NCBI GenBank assembly: GCA_013239625.1
Contig: MU054323.1
Location: forward strand, 15,318,029-15,382,028
Length of the DNA stretch: 64,000 bases
Reading direction: 5' to 3'
From: Lama guanicoe
Lineage: Eukaryota
The notes beneath the pieces were generated by a model. The model had not been told where the DNA came from, ran no database searches, and was given only the letters and a program-made list of their open reading frames with translations. This document shows positions 38,853 through 52,064 of the stretch, one piece after another. The translations under genes were made by a program, and so were the position numbers. Numbering within the stretch: position 1 is the first letter of the stretch; the number at the start of each line of letters is the position of its first letter.

Positions 38853-39794
38853 GAGTGAAATCTTTCTATTTATTGCCTACCAGTAGAATAGGCAATACTT
38901 AGTCATTAGAAATGTCAAAACAGAATCTGGACAGCCACATGACACAAAGTTGAGGAGGATCAAACATTGGAGCTGGATACTCTTCAAGGTCCATCTTGAA
39001 TGCTCCCCTTGAGTACACCTATTCTTCACCAGCAACAGTAATGTGGGGGAGGGTGGAGGCTGCCCTGATTTCCAGTTCCCAAATGACACAGAGACCACAC
39101 CTCTGAGAGAGTCAGACTGGTGTTTACAAGCTGTGAATATGTGTTTAGGTGACTGCATTTCAAAAATATGTCCCCTTTTCTTTAAACATTGTTATCTAAG
39201 TCATAGTCCCTTCCATTACTATGGATTGTCATTTGACTATAAGGCATATTCCCTGCTGCTGATTTGTATAAGACAGCTACATTTGAATCAGTCATAATTG
39301 GTAAAAAGAGAAATTTCTGTTTTTCAATTCATTCCTCAAAACTTGTCAGGCAAAACCTACATCGTCCTTAATTTCTTTTAAAAGCCTATGCTTTATGTGC
39401 TTCAGATAAGTAGATTTGGTAATAGGTATTTAAACCTGGCAGGCTTAGCAATTAAAACATAATATTTGGTGATGAGGAGACTCTGGTTACAAGTTTCTTT
39501 TCCAACAACTGGACTGTTTAGTTGTAAAGGAAAAAAAGCAAAGAAGAAATTGGTCATGTTGACATGACCTTAATGCTTGATTCAGTCATTGTATTCTGCC
39601 TTTTCCTCATTCCCCAAACGCAAAAGAACAATAGCACTAATTATTGCTCTTTAGATGCGGTAAATCTCCAATGCTCAGTTCTGTGTGGGGGGATGGCTTA
39701 AGTAACCGCACGAAGCAGAAGTTGGTCCATGGTCCTGCCTCCCCTCTGACTCCACACTTACATACAAGCTCATATTAAAAATCTCCTTCATGGA

Positions 39795-39945
39795 GAGGAT
39801 GGGAGGGTATATAACTCAATGGTAGAGTGCACGCCTAGCATGCACAAGATCCAGGGTTCAATCCCCAGTACCTCCATTAAAACAAATAAATAAAAACCTA
39901 ATTACCTCCCCCCATCAAAAATTTTAAAATAAATAAATAAATAAA
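39795..39945 (+). mobile_element. tRNA-derived SINE (vic-1-like)
   Basis: 'gggagggtatataactcaatggtagagtgcacgcctagcatgcacaagatccagggttcaatccccagtacctccatt' plus (AAAT)n tail. Confidence 0.9.
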
Positions 39946-40419
39946 ACACTTCATCATCTCCTACCGATATCACCTTCACTTCCAATGTTTTAAAGAAAAA
40001 GCATCTCCCTCTGTTGTTACACATCACTCTTGTTTCCCTTTTATTTTCATCTCTTAGCCTCCCTCTCTTTCCTTCTGTGTGTGTGTGTGTGTGTGTGTAC
40101 GTCCTACACACACACATGCCTGGTTCCCTGACACTTCAGTGCAATAGTCCAGACTTCTCTCTTCTCACCACCCTGTTTTTCTTTCACAATCAGAAAAGAA
40201 GTCAGTGTTGTTCAACAAACAGAAATGGACCAAAAAATATTCAAATAATGACCTATCTTTTAACTGTGGGTACAGTGATGTCTGGAGCCTTTGAGTATTT
40301 GTATTTTTCATCTTGAAAAACATGTCTTTGAATGTCTTCAAAACTTGGACATCATTTACACATAATAAGATCATGAACTTTGGAGACAGATTAACTTGGG
40401 TTTTAGAGTAGTATGACAA

Positions 40420-40790
40420 TTACATAGTGAGATAAAAAGTATTGAGGAGGACATGAGAAAACAAGAAGCATCCTGCACTGCTGTGGGCTTGCCACGTGGT
40501 ACAACCATTCCAGAAACAACCTGGCAGCACCTCGTAAAATGAAGTAACCCATTACATGTGGCCCAGCAATCCCACTCCTGGGCATTTACCCGTCTGCTCA
40601 CATTCCATAATGTGATGTTTGCCCAGATATTCACCCAGACATCAGTTGAGATAGCAGGGAAATAGGGGCAACTTGGGTGTCCGTCACTGGTGAAAGGTTG
40701 CATAAAGTACAGTGATCTCATATCATAGAATACTAATCAGCAGAAAGGAACTGAACTCATATACAACAAAATGGATAGATATTATAAACC
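40420..40790 (+). mobile_element. Old L1 (L1M) ORF2 C-terminus/3' UTR fragment
   Basis: 'ggtacaaccattccagaaacaacctggcag...cccagcaatcccactcctgggcatttaccc'. Confidence 0.7.
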
Positions 40791-40799
40791 TTACCACCT

Positions 40800-41035
40800 A
40801 GACTTTAACATGGCCACCTAGTTCATCAGGACTGCGAGGAGAATCTCTAGTTCCAGTCTGCTAGCAAAGCCTTATATGTGACGTAACCTAATGAATGTAA
40901 TCATGAGAATCCTATTGATGAGAAGCAAGACACGGGTCTTATCCATACTCAAGGGGAAAGAGATTACACAGAGATGTGAATGCTAGTAGATAGGAATAAT
41001 AATTAGGGGGTCACCTTAGGGTCTGTCACCCCACC
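40800..41035. mobile_element. MLT1-type MaLR LTR fragment
   Basis: 'aacatggcc...agaagcaagacacgggtc...actcaaggggaaagagattacacag...ggggtcaccttagggtctgtc'. Confidence 0.7.
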
Positions 41036-41789
41036 AGGCAATGTTCTAGACAATGAGATTGTATCAGTGGGCAAAAGAGAAGAAAAAGTCTGCCTTCACT
41101 GAGAGTAAAATTGTGTGTATATGTTTGTGTGTGTGTGTGTGTGTGTCTGTGTGTGTGTATATATATATACACATATATACACACACACATATACCTCCTC
41201 TTTTTAAAATGAATGGGATGATACTATGTAATCCTTTGCATCTTGCCATTTCAATTTATAACCTAGCTTGGAAATTTTTTGCTTCAAGTACTTACAAAAT
41301 TAAGTTATTCTTTATAACAGGTACATAATGTTTTCAACCACTACCCTATTCACAGACTCTGAGGTTGTTTTTAGTTTTTCCATTTAACAATACTGCAAGA
41401 AATGCCCTCATACATGTATCATTGAACTCCTGTGCAGGCTTATCCAGTTTGTCTCCTTAAGGTCAGATAAAGGTTCTAATCTCTTCTAGCCTTGGCTCTG
41501 CTTCATTCCAGCTATGGGAACTTTGAAAAATTACTAAAACTTTGTGTTTTATTTTCCTACTCTACCACAGAAAGATAATTTAAATGAATTCATGTTCAAA
41601 ATGCACAGAATATGCACCCAGAGCATGGTAGACAATTCATATATTACTCTGCTTTTCTTGTGCGCTCTATCAACTACTTTATGAAATATAGCCCAAACTT
41701 TTTGTATCTTCCAAATTAGATCAGAGAAAGGGGATGTTCGTAAGATAGTAATAAAGAGGGAGAAATAGGTCAGGGTGATGGAGTGAGTG

Positions 41790-42180
41790 TCTTTTGTATA
41801 ATAACAATGTGACTAGGGACCTCTGGATAGCTTCAGGATGGGGGCTGTTCCCCCAAAAGACTAAGGTCTGATTAGAAGATTGTAACGTTCAGCCTCACCC
41901 TACCCTGGACCTTTGGGGAAGGAAGAGGGCTTGGAGGTTGAGTAAACCATCAATGGCCAGTGATATAATCAATCATGACTGTGTAATGAAACTTCCAGAA
42001 AAACTCTCAATGACAGGGTTCATAGGAGCTCCAGGTTGGTGACCACATGTTGGTGCTGGGAGAGGGAGCTCCTGGAGAGGGCATGGAAGTTCTGTGCACA
42101 CCCCCCCCCCCCGGATCTTACCCTGTTTATCTTTTCCATTTGGCTGCTTCTGAGTTGTATCTTGTATAATAAACCAGAAA
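41790..42180 (+). mobile_element. MER21-like LTR
   Basis: 'ctggatagcttcaggatgggggctg...caatggccagtgatataatcaatcatg...tggctgcttctgagttgtatcttgtataataaacc'. Confidence 0.75.
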
Positions 42181-45100
42181 AACAGAGAGAGGGAGAGAGA
42201 GAGGTAGCTTTGAAACAAGGATAGATAATGTCCCTCTACACTCCCTGATCAACATGGCCTCTACATTTCCTATGGTTCAAAGCTTCCTTTGATTGTCTTA
42301 GTCAAGACCTATTGGTCCTCCTTTTTTCTTTATTACTTGAAACATATACCTTCAAATATACACTCTCTGTGTCTTTCAACAGGACATACAGACAATGTAA
42401 CTTTAAAAACTTAACATACTGAGGTAAGTTAATGTTAATGTGCTCATGAGGGGTGCCATAGAACACATATACATCTAAATGACATTGTTCTTACATAATG
42501 TGCCACATCCAGGGGTAAGATTTCACTGGTGCACACTTCATTCCAGGCGAGAAGGACTCACTAATGAAGTGGGTATTTGAGGAAGGGGAAATGCTTGCTG
42601 TCCTCACTTCAAATCACATCATAAAGGTGGCCCCCTCTCTGAAAGTTTGCTCTCCCCAAAAGGGTCTGAGGAGATAATTGGCTATGCGATTCCCCACCAA
42701 AGGAAGACCTCTACAATGCTCATAAAACATGTGGTTCTTTAGCCTTTAACATGTATTTCTTCTTCCAAAAAATTAGCTTTTCCTTAGCTTTAAACTCAAG
42801 AGAAAAAGAGATTGACATGGTGAGGGTAGAGGGAGAACTCAAGAAAGTTTTATTTCGGATCCAAATAAAAGATAAATTAAGGACCTTCCATGATGAGAAA
42901 GAGGGAATTAAGCTTATTATGTGCGGAATCTTGTCTCTGCCTCTTAAAGACAAGGAGAAAGAGCTTTACCAAGGAATCAAGTTCTTTCTCACCTTTGCAT
43001 CTGCAAGTGTAGGGATCTGTGCAGAGCGACACCTAGTGGTCTCCAGAACGCCTTTCGTAACCAGAGCAATGAAGAATGTTCATGTGTCTGGATTGAGCAT
43101 TTGTAAAAGGAGTCTTGTTTCCTTCCCACATATCCATAAGTTGTAAACAAACTGAATTGTTAGTTGGTTTTGATTCCAATACCACAACTTTCTGCCCACA
43201 TACCCACTTATTCTTAAATCATAGAGAAAATTAATATTTACTATTTCAGAAGTGGGAAGAAGTCACAGAGTAGAAAGGAATAGTGATTCCAATGTGCAAG
43301 AAAAATGATTTGTCCAAATCTGGCATCTGAAAGGGAGCAACAAAGCACAGTATCCAACCCAGTGGGTCTCAAAGGAGCAGTGGCTTTAGTAGTTGGAGTC
43401 TTCTGAGTTCATGCCAGAGTTCATTTCCATTGGTTCCCACTCTGCCTTTAAAACCTCATCTGGGTGGACTTCTCCCGTTGCCCACCTATATTCTTGACTA
43501 AACCATGGATGTTAAGAGGCTGAGAAGGTGATCATGGAAAGAGGACATTTCAGCTTACCCTGGTGATCTGTTGCTGTCCAGGAGTCTTTTACAACTCCTC
43601 CATGGTGCTGTAAGAAAGGACTTTCTACCCTCCCCTTGTACATAGATTATCTTTGAAGTGGGGTCCAGAATATTTTGGATTTGGACTGTTATGGCTTGAA
43701 TTGACAGGAACTTCTTTTCAGGGAACATGCAAAAGAAAAATTGGGGGAAGCCATCAAGAATTTATCGAATGTAAGTCTTCTTAAAACTCCATTTTGATGA
43801 TGAAAAAATGTCAGATATAATAAATATGAGTGAATTTGGCCACTGAAGAGATGACGGAAAATTCTGAAAAATAATAACTGAAGGAAAGAATTTGGTATGA
43901 GGATTTAAATTAGCTCAAATTCTAGTAAAACTTCAAATAATAGATTTACCCAACTTAGAAACCAAAGGTTAATTAGCCCCAAACTTTGCAGGTCCCAGGC
44001 TATTTTTTTTTAACCTGGGACCTGGTATCACTTCATCATATTTTACAGTTCATTTTTAAAAAGCTTTGTCCAAAGAGGATCCACAGAATATTTCCTTTCA
44101 TAAAATTGAATGATGGACCCTGATGATTGGCAATTATGTTTCTCTTTGTCATTTCTACAGGAATGACTCTACCTAATCAGACTTAGAATATACCTCTCCC
44201 AACCTATTACCTTATAGGTTGTTCAACCCCAGATACATTAGTTTCCTTCTTGATGAACTTCAAACCCGTTTAATCCAAAGAGCAAGCAAGCTTTGGGCAG
44301 ACTTCTTTCTCTACTATCTACAGTTTTATGTTCTGTGTCACCTTAAGGTCAAATCTCTTTAAAACAACATACAGTTTTGCCCTGCAGAGTACTTTTGACT
44401 CTACGATCAGTCAGTTATGGCCTATACTACATTAGCTCAATAAAGATTCCCGATTTTAAAAACTAGTATAGAACCTGCATCTTATCATGTGGTTAGGGAT
44501 ATGGTTGTTGGCAAAATCTTTTTGAAGAAATAACAGTTTTAAATAGGGTAAAACAAGGACCTTCCTTCTTTTTAATCAATATCATAACAAGGTTTTCTTT
44601 AAATGACCTGGGTGCATGCACTCCTGCACTCCCCATTTTCAAAGTGATTAATTAATTGATAAAATAATTAAAGACAAGCATGTTCACATATGTAGATGGT
44701 TTCGCTTTACTGTCATGCATTTAGTGGTCTTAATAAATGATTGACCCTACTTTCTACATGAAGCACTTATACTCAAACAAAAGCCCAGGCATCATTTTTG
44801 AAAGAGGTTCACAGCATCAACATTCACTGACTTAACCTTAAAAACCTAAACCAAGTATGTAGGTGTATATTTTGTAGGTAATGCTTAGATGGCCAAGGTA
44901 ACACATTCCATTGGTGTTCCACAGAAGTATTCTGTGTCCCATTTGGAGCATTTTGTTACACCTCTTAGAAAATATTTCTAGACTATAGTGGCCATGATTA
45001 GAGACCAAAGTTTTAGGGTCTTGAAAATCTTACTTCAATGAACTGGAATGAACCTAAAACTACTTCTTAAAGGGAGTTTTGGTCCAGCCCAGAGGTGTTG

Positions 45101-45570
45101 TCTCTCCTTATCTTTACACACAGTGTTCCAGGGAAGGCGTGGTCTTTTTTTCTGGCCGTGTGTCTTTCTCGGATCCTTCAACTTTCCTCAGAGGGTACAA
45201 ACCCTATGCCCAGCTTTTCTGAGTGGAAGAGTCCGCTGTTCCCTTCTTAAACAATATGTATAAAAGCTTCTGCCTGGTGCTTTTCACATTAACGATCAGT
45301 GATATGAACTCAGAGCTACTCAGTATTTATCCAAAGTTGAGTTGAGGATAACCATGTTAATAGAAAAGACTTCAGTAAACTTATGGGCCACAATTTGAAT
45401 CAAGAAGGTAAGTTGGGAAAAATGAAACTGAATAAATTTAGAAAAATACAACTTCACAAGAGTTCATTAAATATATAAATTAATATAAGAAAAGTTTAGA
45501 TATATTCCTGGAATGTTTTACCAGGAAATTTGGGGTACATCTTTAATATTTTGAGATAAAGTCATGAAAG

Positions 45571-45686
45571 ATATATATATATATGTGTGTGTGTGTATAT
45601 ATATATATATGTGTGTGTGTGTATATATGTATATATATATACACATATATATATGTATATGTATACATATACACACACACACACAC
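45571..45686. repeat. Compound (TA)n/(TG)n/(CA)n microsatellite (similar tracts at 40076-40115, 41113-41190, 46144-46178, 53162-53188)
   Basis: Seen directly. Confidence 0.95.
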
Positions 45687-46144
45687 GTACCTATGACAAA
45701 GTTCATATCTTTCATATGCCATGTCAATCTCATACATTCATCTGCCCTTGACAGGTAAAGAATCTTGGTTTGCCTGGAGGATATCAGATCCTGGAGGACA
45801 GGTGTTCATACTTCCCATGTGGGCATGCACTGGCCTCTTTAAGAATATTATACTCAAGGTTCCAAGGTGATTGAAAGCACGCAAGTTCGAACAGGCTTAC
45901 GGCTTTCTGGACCATTGAGGTAATACTTCCCTCCTTTATTCATGGATGCTACAAACCAGTTTTCCATGTAATAGAAAGAGAGTATATTTCTGTCTTCCAA
46001 TCCACTTATCTCGCTGATTCTTTGCTCCAACCTGTCTAATTCAAACTGAATTGCTTGGTACTTGCCTGGCAACTTGTTAACTAACATTTTCCTAAATGTT
46101 TCTTGAGGGGACACGGAAAGCAGAAAAACAGGTTGCTTAAAGGA

Positions 46145-46179
<35 letters not shown>

Positions 46180-46269
46180 TGCACACATGGTCTGTGTATA
46201 TATGTGTGTCTGGAGAACATGCATTTCCTGATGTTCTTTGCCTCTTAAAATTCCCAAATCACAGGGCCC

Positions 46270-48330
46270 CAAAATGCATGAACAAAACCTGACAGGCTTG
46301 AGCAGAAAATACACAATTTAATAAGAATAGTTAGAATGTCTCACTTCTAATAATGGAAAGAACAACAAGACAAGAGATCAACAAGGAAACAGAAGACTTG
46401 AATAATTCTGTAAACCAACTAGAACTAGCAAGCATCTATGGAACACTTCATCCAACAACAGTAGAATAATATACTTTCCTCAAGTGGACATGGGACATTC
46501 TCCAGGATAGATCATATGTTAGATCATAATGTAAACCTCCATAAATCCCCAAAAAGAGAAATACTACAAAGTACATTCTTTGACCATGCTGGAATGAAAT
46601 TAGAAATCAATAATAGGAGGAAATTGGGGAAATTAGCAAATATGTAGAAATTAAACAACACACCACTGAATAATGAATGAGCTGAAGAAGAAATCACAAA
46701 AAACATAGAAAATATATTGAGATGAATGAAAATGAAAATACAACATAGTGAAATTATGAGAAGTAATGAAAGTAGTGCTTAGAGGGTATTTTATAGCTGC
46801 ATATGTCTGTATTTTAAAAGAAGAAATAGCTCAAATCAATAACAGCCTTTCATCGTAAGAAACTAGAAAAAGAAGAGCAAATTAAGCAAAAAGAAAGAAG
46901 GAAGTAATAGAGATTGAAGTGGAAATGAATGAAATAAATAACAGAAAAACAATAGAGGAAATCAGTAAAATTAAAATTAGGTTCCTTGAGAAGACAACAC
47001 AATTAACAAATGTTTATCTAGACTCTGCCAAGAAAAAAGCAAGAAAATTTAAATCACTAAAATCAGAAATGAAAGAAAGTTTTAATTTCAACCTTACAGA
47101 AATGAAAAGCATTATAAAGCAATGCAAAAAACAATTATATTTCAATAAATTAAATTACCCAAATAAAATGAACAAATTCCTAGAAAGACATAAACTTTCA
47201 AAACTGAATCCATAAACATTCTACTGGAGGTTCTAATCAGGGCACTAGGCAAGAGAAGGAACTAACAGGCCTACCAGAAAGGAAGAAATAAAAGTGTCTC
47301 TATTTGCAAATGTCATGATTTTGTATATAGAAAAATCCTAAGGAATCCGCATAAAAACTATTAGAACTAATAAACAAATTCAGCAAGGTTGCACGATACA
47401 AGAGAAATACAGAAAAGTCAACTGTATTTTTATACAGTAGCAATAAATAATCTGAAAATGAAATTAAGAAAATAATTCCAGGGAGCTATATTCAGTATCT
47501 TGTAATAACCTGTAATGGAAAAGAATCTGAAAAAGAATATATTTATATATATATATATATATGTATAATTGAATCACTTTGCTATACACCTGAAACATTG
47601 TAAATCAACTATACTTCAGTATAAAAATAAAATCAATTTTAAAATTTTTTAAAAAGGGAAAAAAAATTCCACTTACAATAGGGTCAAGAACAATAAAATA
47701 CCTAGGAATAAGTTTAGTAAAAAATAAATACAAAATATTGTTGAAAGAAATTAAAGAATATCTAAATAAACAGAAAGAAATCTCAAGATCATGGATTGGA
47801 AAGCTTAATATTGTTAAGATGCCAGTACTCCCCAAACTGATTTACAGATTAAATGAAATCCCAGCTGACTTTTTTGCAGAAATCGACAAGCTGATCCTAA
47901 AATTTATATGGAAATGCAAGAGACCCAGAATAGGCAAGAACAATCTGAAAAAGAGCAACATAATTGAAGAATTCAAATCAAATTTCCTGATTTCAAAACT
48001 TACTATAAATCTACAGTAATAAAGACAGTGTGGTGCTGTGAAAAGGATGGGCATAAACATCATTGGAACATATTTCAGAGTGCAGAAATAAACCTCGCGT
48101 TATGGTCAGTTTATTTTGGGGAATCAATTGAGAATAGGGAACTCTGTAGAGACAGAAAATAGATTAGTGGTAGTCAGGGGCTAGAGAGATGGAGGCAGGT
48201 GAGGGGATGAAAAGCAACTGCCCTTCATGGTTACTGAGGGTTTTTTTGGATAATGAAAATATTCTGGAATCGCAATAGTGATAATGGTTGCACGATTTTA
48301 TAAATATATTAAAAAGTACTGAATTGCACA
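46270..48330 (+). mobile_element. Old L1 ORF2 (endonuclease, partial RT, post-RT, 3' UTR pieces) with large internal deletions
   Basis: SSGHGTFSRIDHML (EN, about 46478-46520); LFANVMILYIE (RT YADD region, about 47300); SWIGKLNIVKMPVLPKLIYRLN...LILKFIW (47738-48019). Confidence 0.9.
47481..47660 (+). mobile_element. Younger L1 3' end nested in the old L1
   Basis: 'gggagctatattcagtatcttgtaataacc...tgtaaatcaactatacttcagtataaaaataaaa' flanked by 'aattcca' repeats ending at 47480 and 47671. Confidence 0.8.
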
Positions 48331-50589
48331 CTTTCTAAGACATGAATGAATAAATAGATAGATGGGTGGATGGTTGGATGAATTCTCTAAATCATTCTCA
48401 TACTTCTGGGCATTTATCAAAGTTTGTCCTATTAGATAATTATTTCTGAGCATATATATTATTATATATATGATGTAGACTGTACGATGCTTGAGGACAG
48501 GAATTTCATATTATTCACTTTTATCCCAAGGAAAATATTCATACACGGTAGGAAATCAATAAACACTTTTTGAATAAATTGGGATCCCCAACACTTCACT
48601 TCAAGCTTTCAGACACCTGTTTCCCTAGGAGCCTTCAAGATAGGTTGACAAGACTCCAAAACCTCCAGTCCAGACAGTCCAGCTTCTGAGATTAGTAACA
48701 GTTGCTGGCCAAATAGTTAGAATCAAGAGCCTGTTTATATCAATGCTATTGTACTCCATTTCTTGTCCGAAGAGCTCCTTCGCTAGAGCGTTTCTCATCA
48801 GTCCAGTCGTTCAAGTCTCTGCTGTGCTGATCCTTCTGGTCTTCCTGGCCCCTCCTGATCAGTGTATCTAGGCTTTCCAGTTCTCCTCTCCCTGCTACCT
48901 CTATTATCCTTCCACATCTCCGGCTTTCTAAGTTGGGAGCTCTGTAGCCAGACAGTGAGCATTTCCTCCATCTTTGTAGTCCCAGTGCAGCACCAGGCTG
49001 CCAGTTACCTCCACCTTCTGCTTTGGCATTCATTCATTCGTGCACTCTTGTTCAGTAAATACACATGGAGTACCGAGTTCATTCCCCGCACAGTTCTAGT
49101 GGTGCTGCTCTGGTCGCTTTTTCTGTTTACTCAACGATGCAGAAATGGAATGTTTGTTTATTCAGCTCAAGGAATTTATGGTGCATAGGTAGGAAGGTTA
49201 GGGGCACTTGTGTGTGTGTGTGCTAATACCTAATGGTAAACCAGCCGACTCACTGATTAATGGTTTCCATATTTGAAGGATCTTAGAAAATGAATCAACT
49301 CCTTTTCATCTACTATAGGCACCAGAATTTTAATCAATTCTCATTTCAAATCCATCTTGCAATTCAAGTAAATTGCCATCTGTTGCTTGGGTTGTACTGG
49401 GTATGGCTTCAGTGTTACTGTTACCTTCACAGCTCGAGTCAGGAAAGAAAAAAAAAAACTGTTGAGCATTAGCATCTTGCTTATGTATGTATTCATGCCC
49501 TATGATTACTGGCAACTCTCCAGGAAATTTGGCCTAGTTTCTGGAAGCCTCTTCAATCTGTCATATTGAAAGATGCGCCATAATTTAATCAATTCAAAAA
49601 TTTGATTACCTGCACCTTTTTTCCCCCCACTTTTAAATAGTGCAAAAATCCCCTTCATTCCCATTTTAAGAAGGCCTGAGAAAAGCTGGGGGTGGGAGTT
49701 CAGAACAAGTGAGTTCAGTCAGCCCAGAAAAGCCCATATGTTCCCAGCATGGGGCTGCCGGAGTGGTGAAGGACTGGGCCAGCAGAACCCCTAGCTCCCA
49801 GCCTGACTGATCCAGTTTACAAAGAGACAGCCTCTGTGTCGTGCTTGCTCAGGCCTGCCTCTTTTCTCTCACTTTTCCTCAAACAACCATTAGTCTCGTT
49901 TTGAAGCAGCTGCCTGCAGACAAGAGGAACCAAAAAAAAAAAATGTTTTTGATCAAATCTGACTTGGTTTTCACGTACAGCTGCCTACTTTGCTGTGGTG
50001 CCTCTCAGACCTCACGTTTGGTCTGTCGGGAAGTGGCCTTCCTCCACCCACTCACGCCTCTCCCCAGTCTCATCACTAAAGGTCTGCCACTGAAGGTTCA
50101 GGTGTTTTTAAATCCTGAAAACAATTCAGATAATTTTAGAGCTGGAAGTCTCCTCAGGGCCTTGTTACTCAATATTTAGTCCATGGACCAGTAGTAAGAG
50201 CACCCCCCAGGGTATCTGCAGAAATGCAGATTATTACTCTACTCCAGATCTGTGCAGAATCAGAATTTCTCGAGGTGGGGCCCAGGAATCCGTATTGTAA
50301 CCAGTTGTCCAGGTGATTCTGATGCACACTAAATTTTCGGAAGCTCTGGCATGTTTACTAACTGGTGCTGTTCTTAAAACTCAGACCTCTTGCCTAAAAC
50401 CTGTTCATCTCTCTCCCAGACCCTCTGGCTGGGATTCCTGTTCCATTAATTCGTGTCTCTTTTTCTTTTCTACTGGGTTAGGTTCCTGATTCCAGCCTCC
50501 ATTGGCCTCTCTGGACTGGACTCCGTGCCTATGTACTGCTTTCTGCATTTATTCTCTTTGCTGAACTCAATCTCTGATGTGTTTACTTG

Positions 50590-51173
50590 AGGGGGTTTTT
50601 TTCCCTGTTTTTTAAATTTTTTATCTGTTTTTTAATTGAAGTATAGTCAGTTTACCATGCTGTGTCAGTTTCTGGTGTACAGCATACTGTTTCAGTCATA
50701 CATATACATACTTATATTCCTTTTCATATTCTTTTTCATTATAGGTTATTACAAGATATCGAATATGGGTCCCTGTGCTATACAGAAGAAACTTGTTGTT
50801 CATCTATTTCATATACGGTAATTAGTACCTGAAAAATCTCATTCTCCCAATTTATCCCTTCCCACCTCCTTTCCCCCTGGGTAACTGTAAGTTTGTTTTC
50901 TATGTCTGTGAGTCTGTTTCTGTTTTGTAAAAAAGTTTATTTGTGTCTTTTTTTAAGATTCCATATGTAAATCATATCATATGGTATTTTTCTTTCTCTT
51001 TCTGGCTTATCTCACTTAGAATGACAATCTCTACGTCCATCCATATTGCTACAAATGGCATTATTTTATTCTTTTTTATGGCTGAGTAGTAGTCCATTGT
51101 GTGTGTGTGTGTCTGTGTATACCACAGCTTCTTTATTCAGTCATCTGTCAATGGACATTTAGGTTGTTTCCAT
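50590..51173 (-). mobile_element. 5'-truncated L1 3' UTR with 15-bp TSD
   Basis: TSD TGATGTGTTTACTTG at 50575-50589 and 51174-51188; T-rich tail then 'ttgaagtatagtcagtttacc...'. Confidence 0.92.
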
Positions 51174-51289
51174 TGATGTGTTTACTTGTGATAGTCATCT
51201 TCATGCTTCCTTTTTAACTTTCCTTCCTGCCTGCAGCAACTTGTGATCTGACTGCATGAAATCTACACATGAAAACCTCTAGGCATGGA

Positions 51290-51910
51290 ACCCATTAGCA
51301 CAGGTCTCCACATTGTTCTCTGTGCCATCTGTCTTTCCCTCTTGCTGCCTATCTTCCACACAGTAGCCAGTTATTTTCTTAAGGAACAAAATTGATACTA
51401 TCCTCTGCTTAAAAACTCTGGTAGACTTACAGTTTTCTGCAGGATAAAGTCCAAACTTCTTAGCATGAAATTCAAAGCCCTCCACAGGCTATAACTAATC
51501 TATATTCTGAACTTCATCACTGTGCGTCTCTCAGTCCCAGCTTACACTTCTGCCAACTCATTTGTTGGCCTCAGTGCTGTTGCACCTGCTATTTCCTCTG
51601 CTGATCATACTTCTCCCTGTATCGCCAGCAGGCAAATGTCAACTAGTCTTTTAAGACTCAATCCAGTTATTGACATACCTTCAGTAAGACCCTTTCTACC
51701 TCCTCTAGGCTGAGTTACCTGTACTCTCCTTTGCATACTTTGTCCACAGCTCTTAATTTCACCACTTATGATGTTGTGTTTGACTTGTCAGTTTATACAT
51801 CTTCTTCACAAACCAAAAGCTGTTTGTGGGTAGAGATGGAGTCTCATCTTAAATGAAATATTTAGATCCTAGCATAGTGAGGGGCACATTGTAGAAATGA
51901 AATGAATACT
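51290..51910 (+). mobile_element. L2 3' region
   Basis: 'cacacagtagccag...ctctgcttaaaaactct...caggataaagtccaaacttcttagcatg'. Confidence 0.7.
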
Positions 51911-52064
51911 GTCAAAAGAACATTTGAATGCCCAAGAAGTGTGCCCCAAGAAACATGTTATATGCTCAAGTCACTATATCACTCTATTAAGGAAGCTTGC
52001 TTTATAAAGGTGCATAAAATCAATCCTTTTGCAAATATGAGTTTCATTTTCTAAAGTAAAGAAT

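Noticed and set aside
39552..39569. Palindrome GGTCATGT-TG-ACATGACC (p53/nuclear-receptor-like)
   Set aside because: CATG spacing does not fit p53 and an isolated 8-bp stem can occur by chance in 64 kb; the same applies to 17363-17380.
45854..46186. ORF containing ELDRLEQRISEISGLEDR, reminiscent of the L1 ORF1p coiled coil
   Set aside because: The match is short, is opposite in strand to the adjacent L1, and the ORF starts in a microsatellite.
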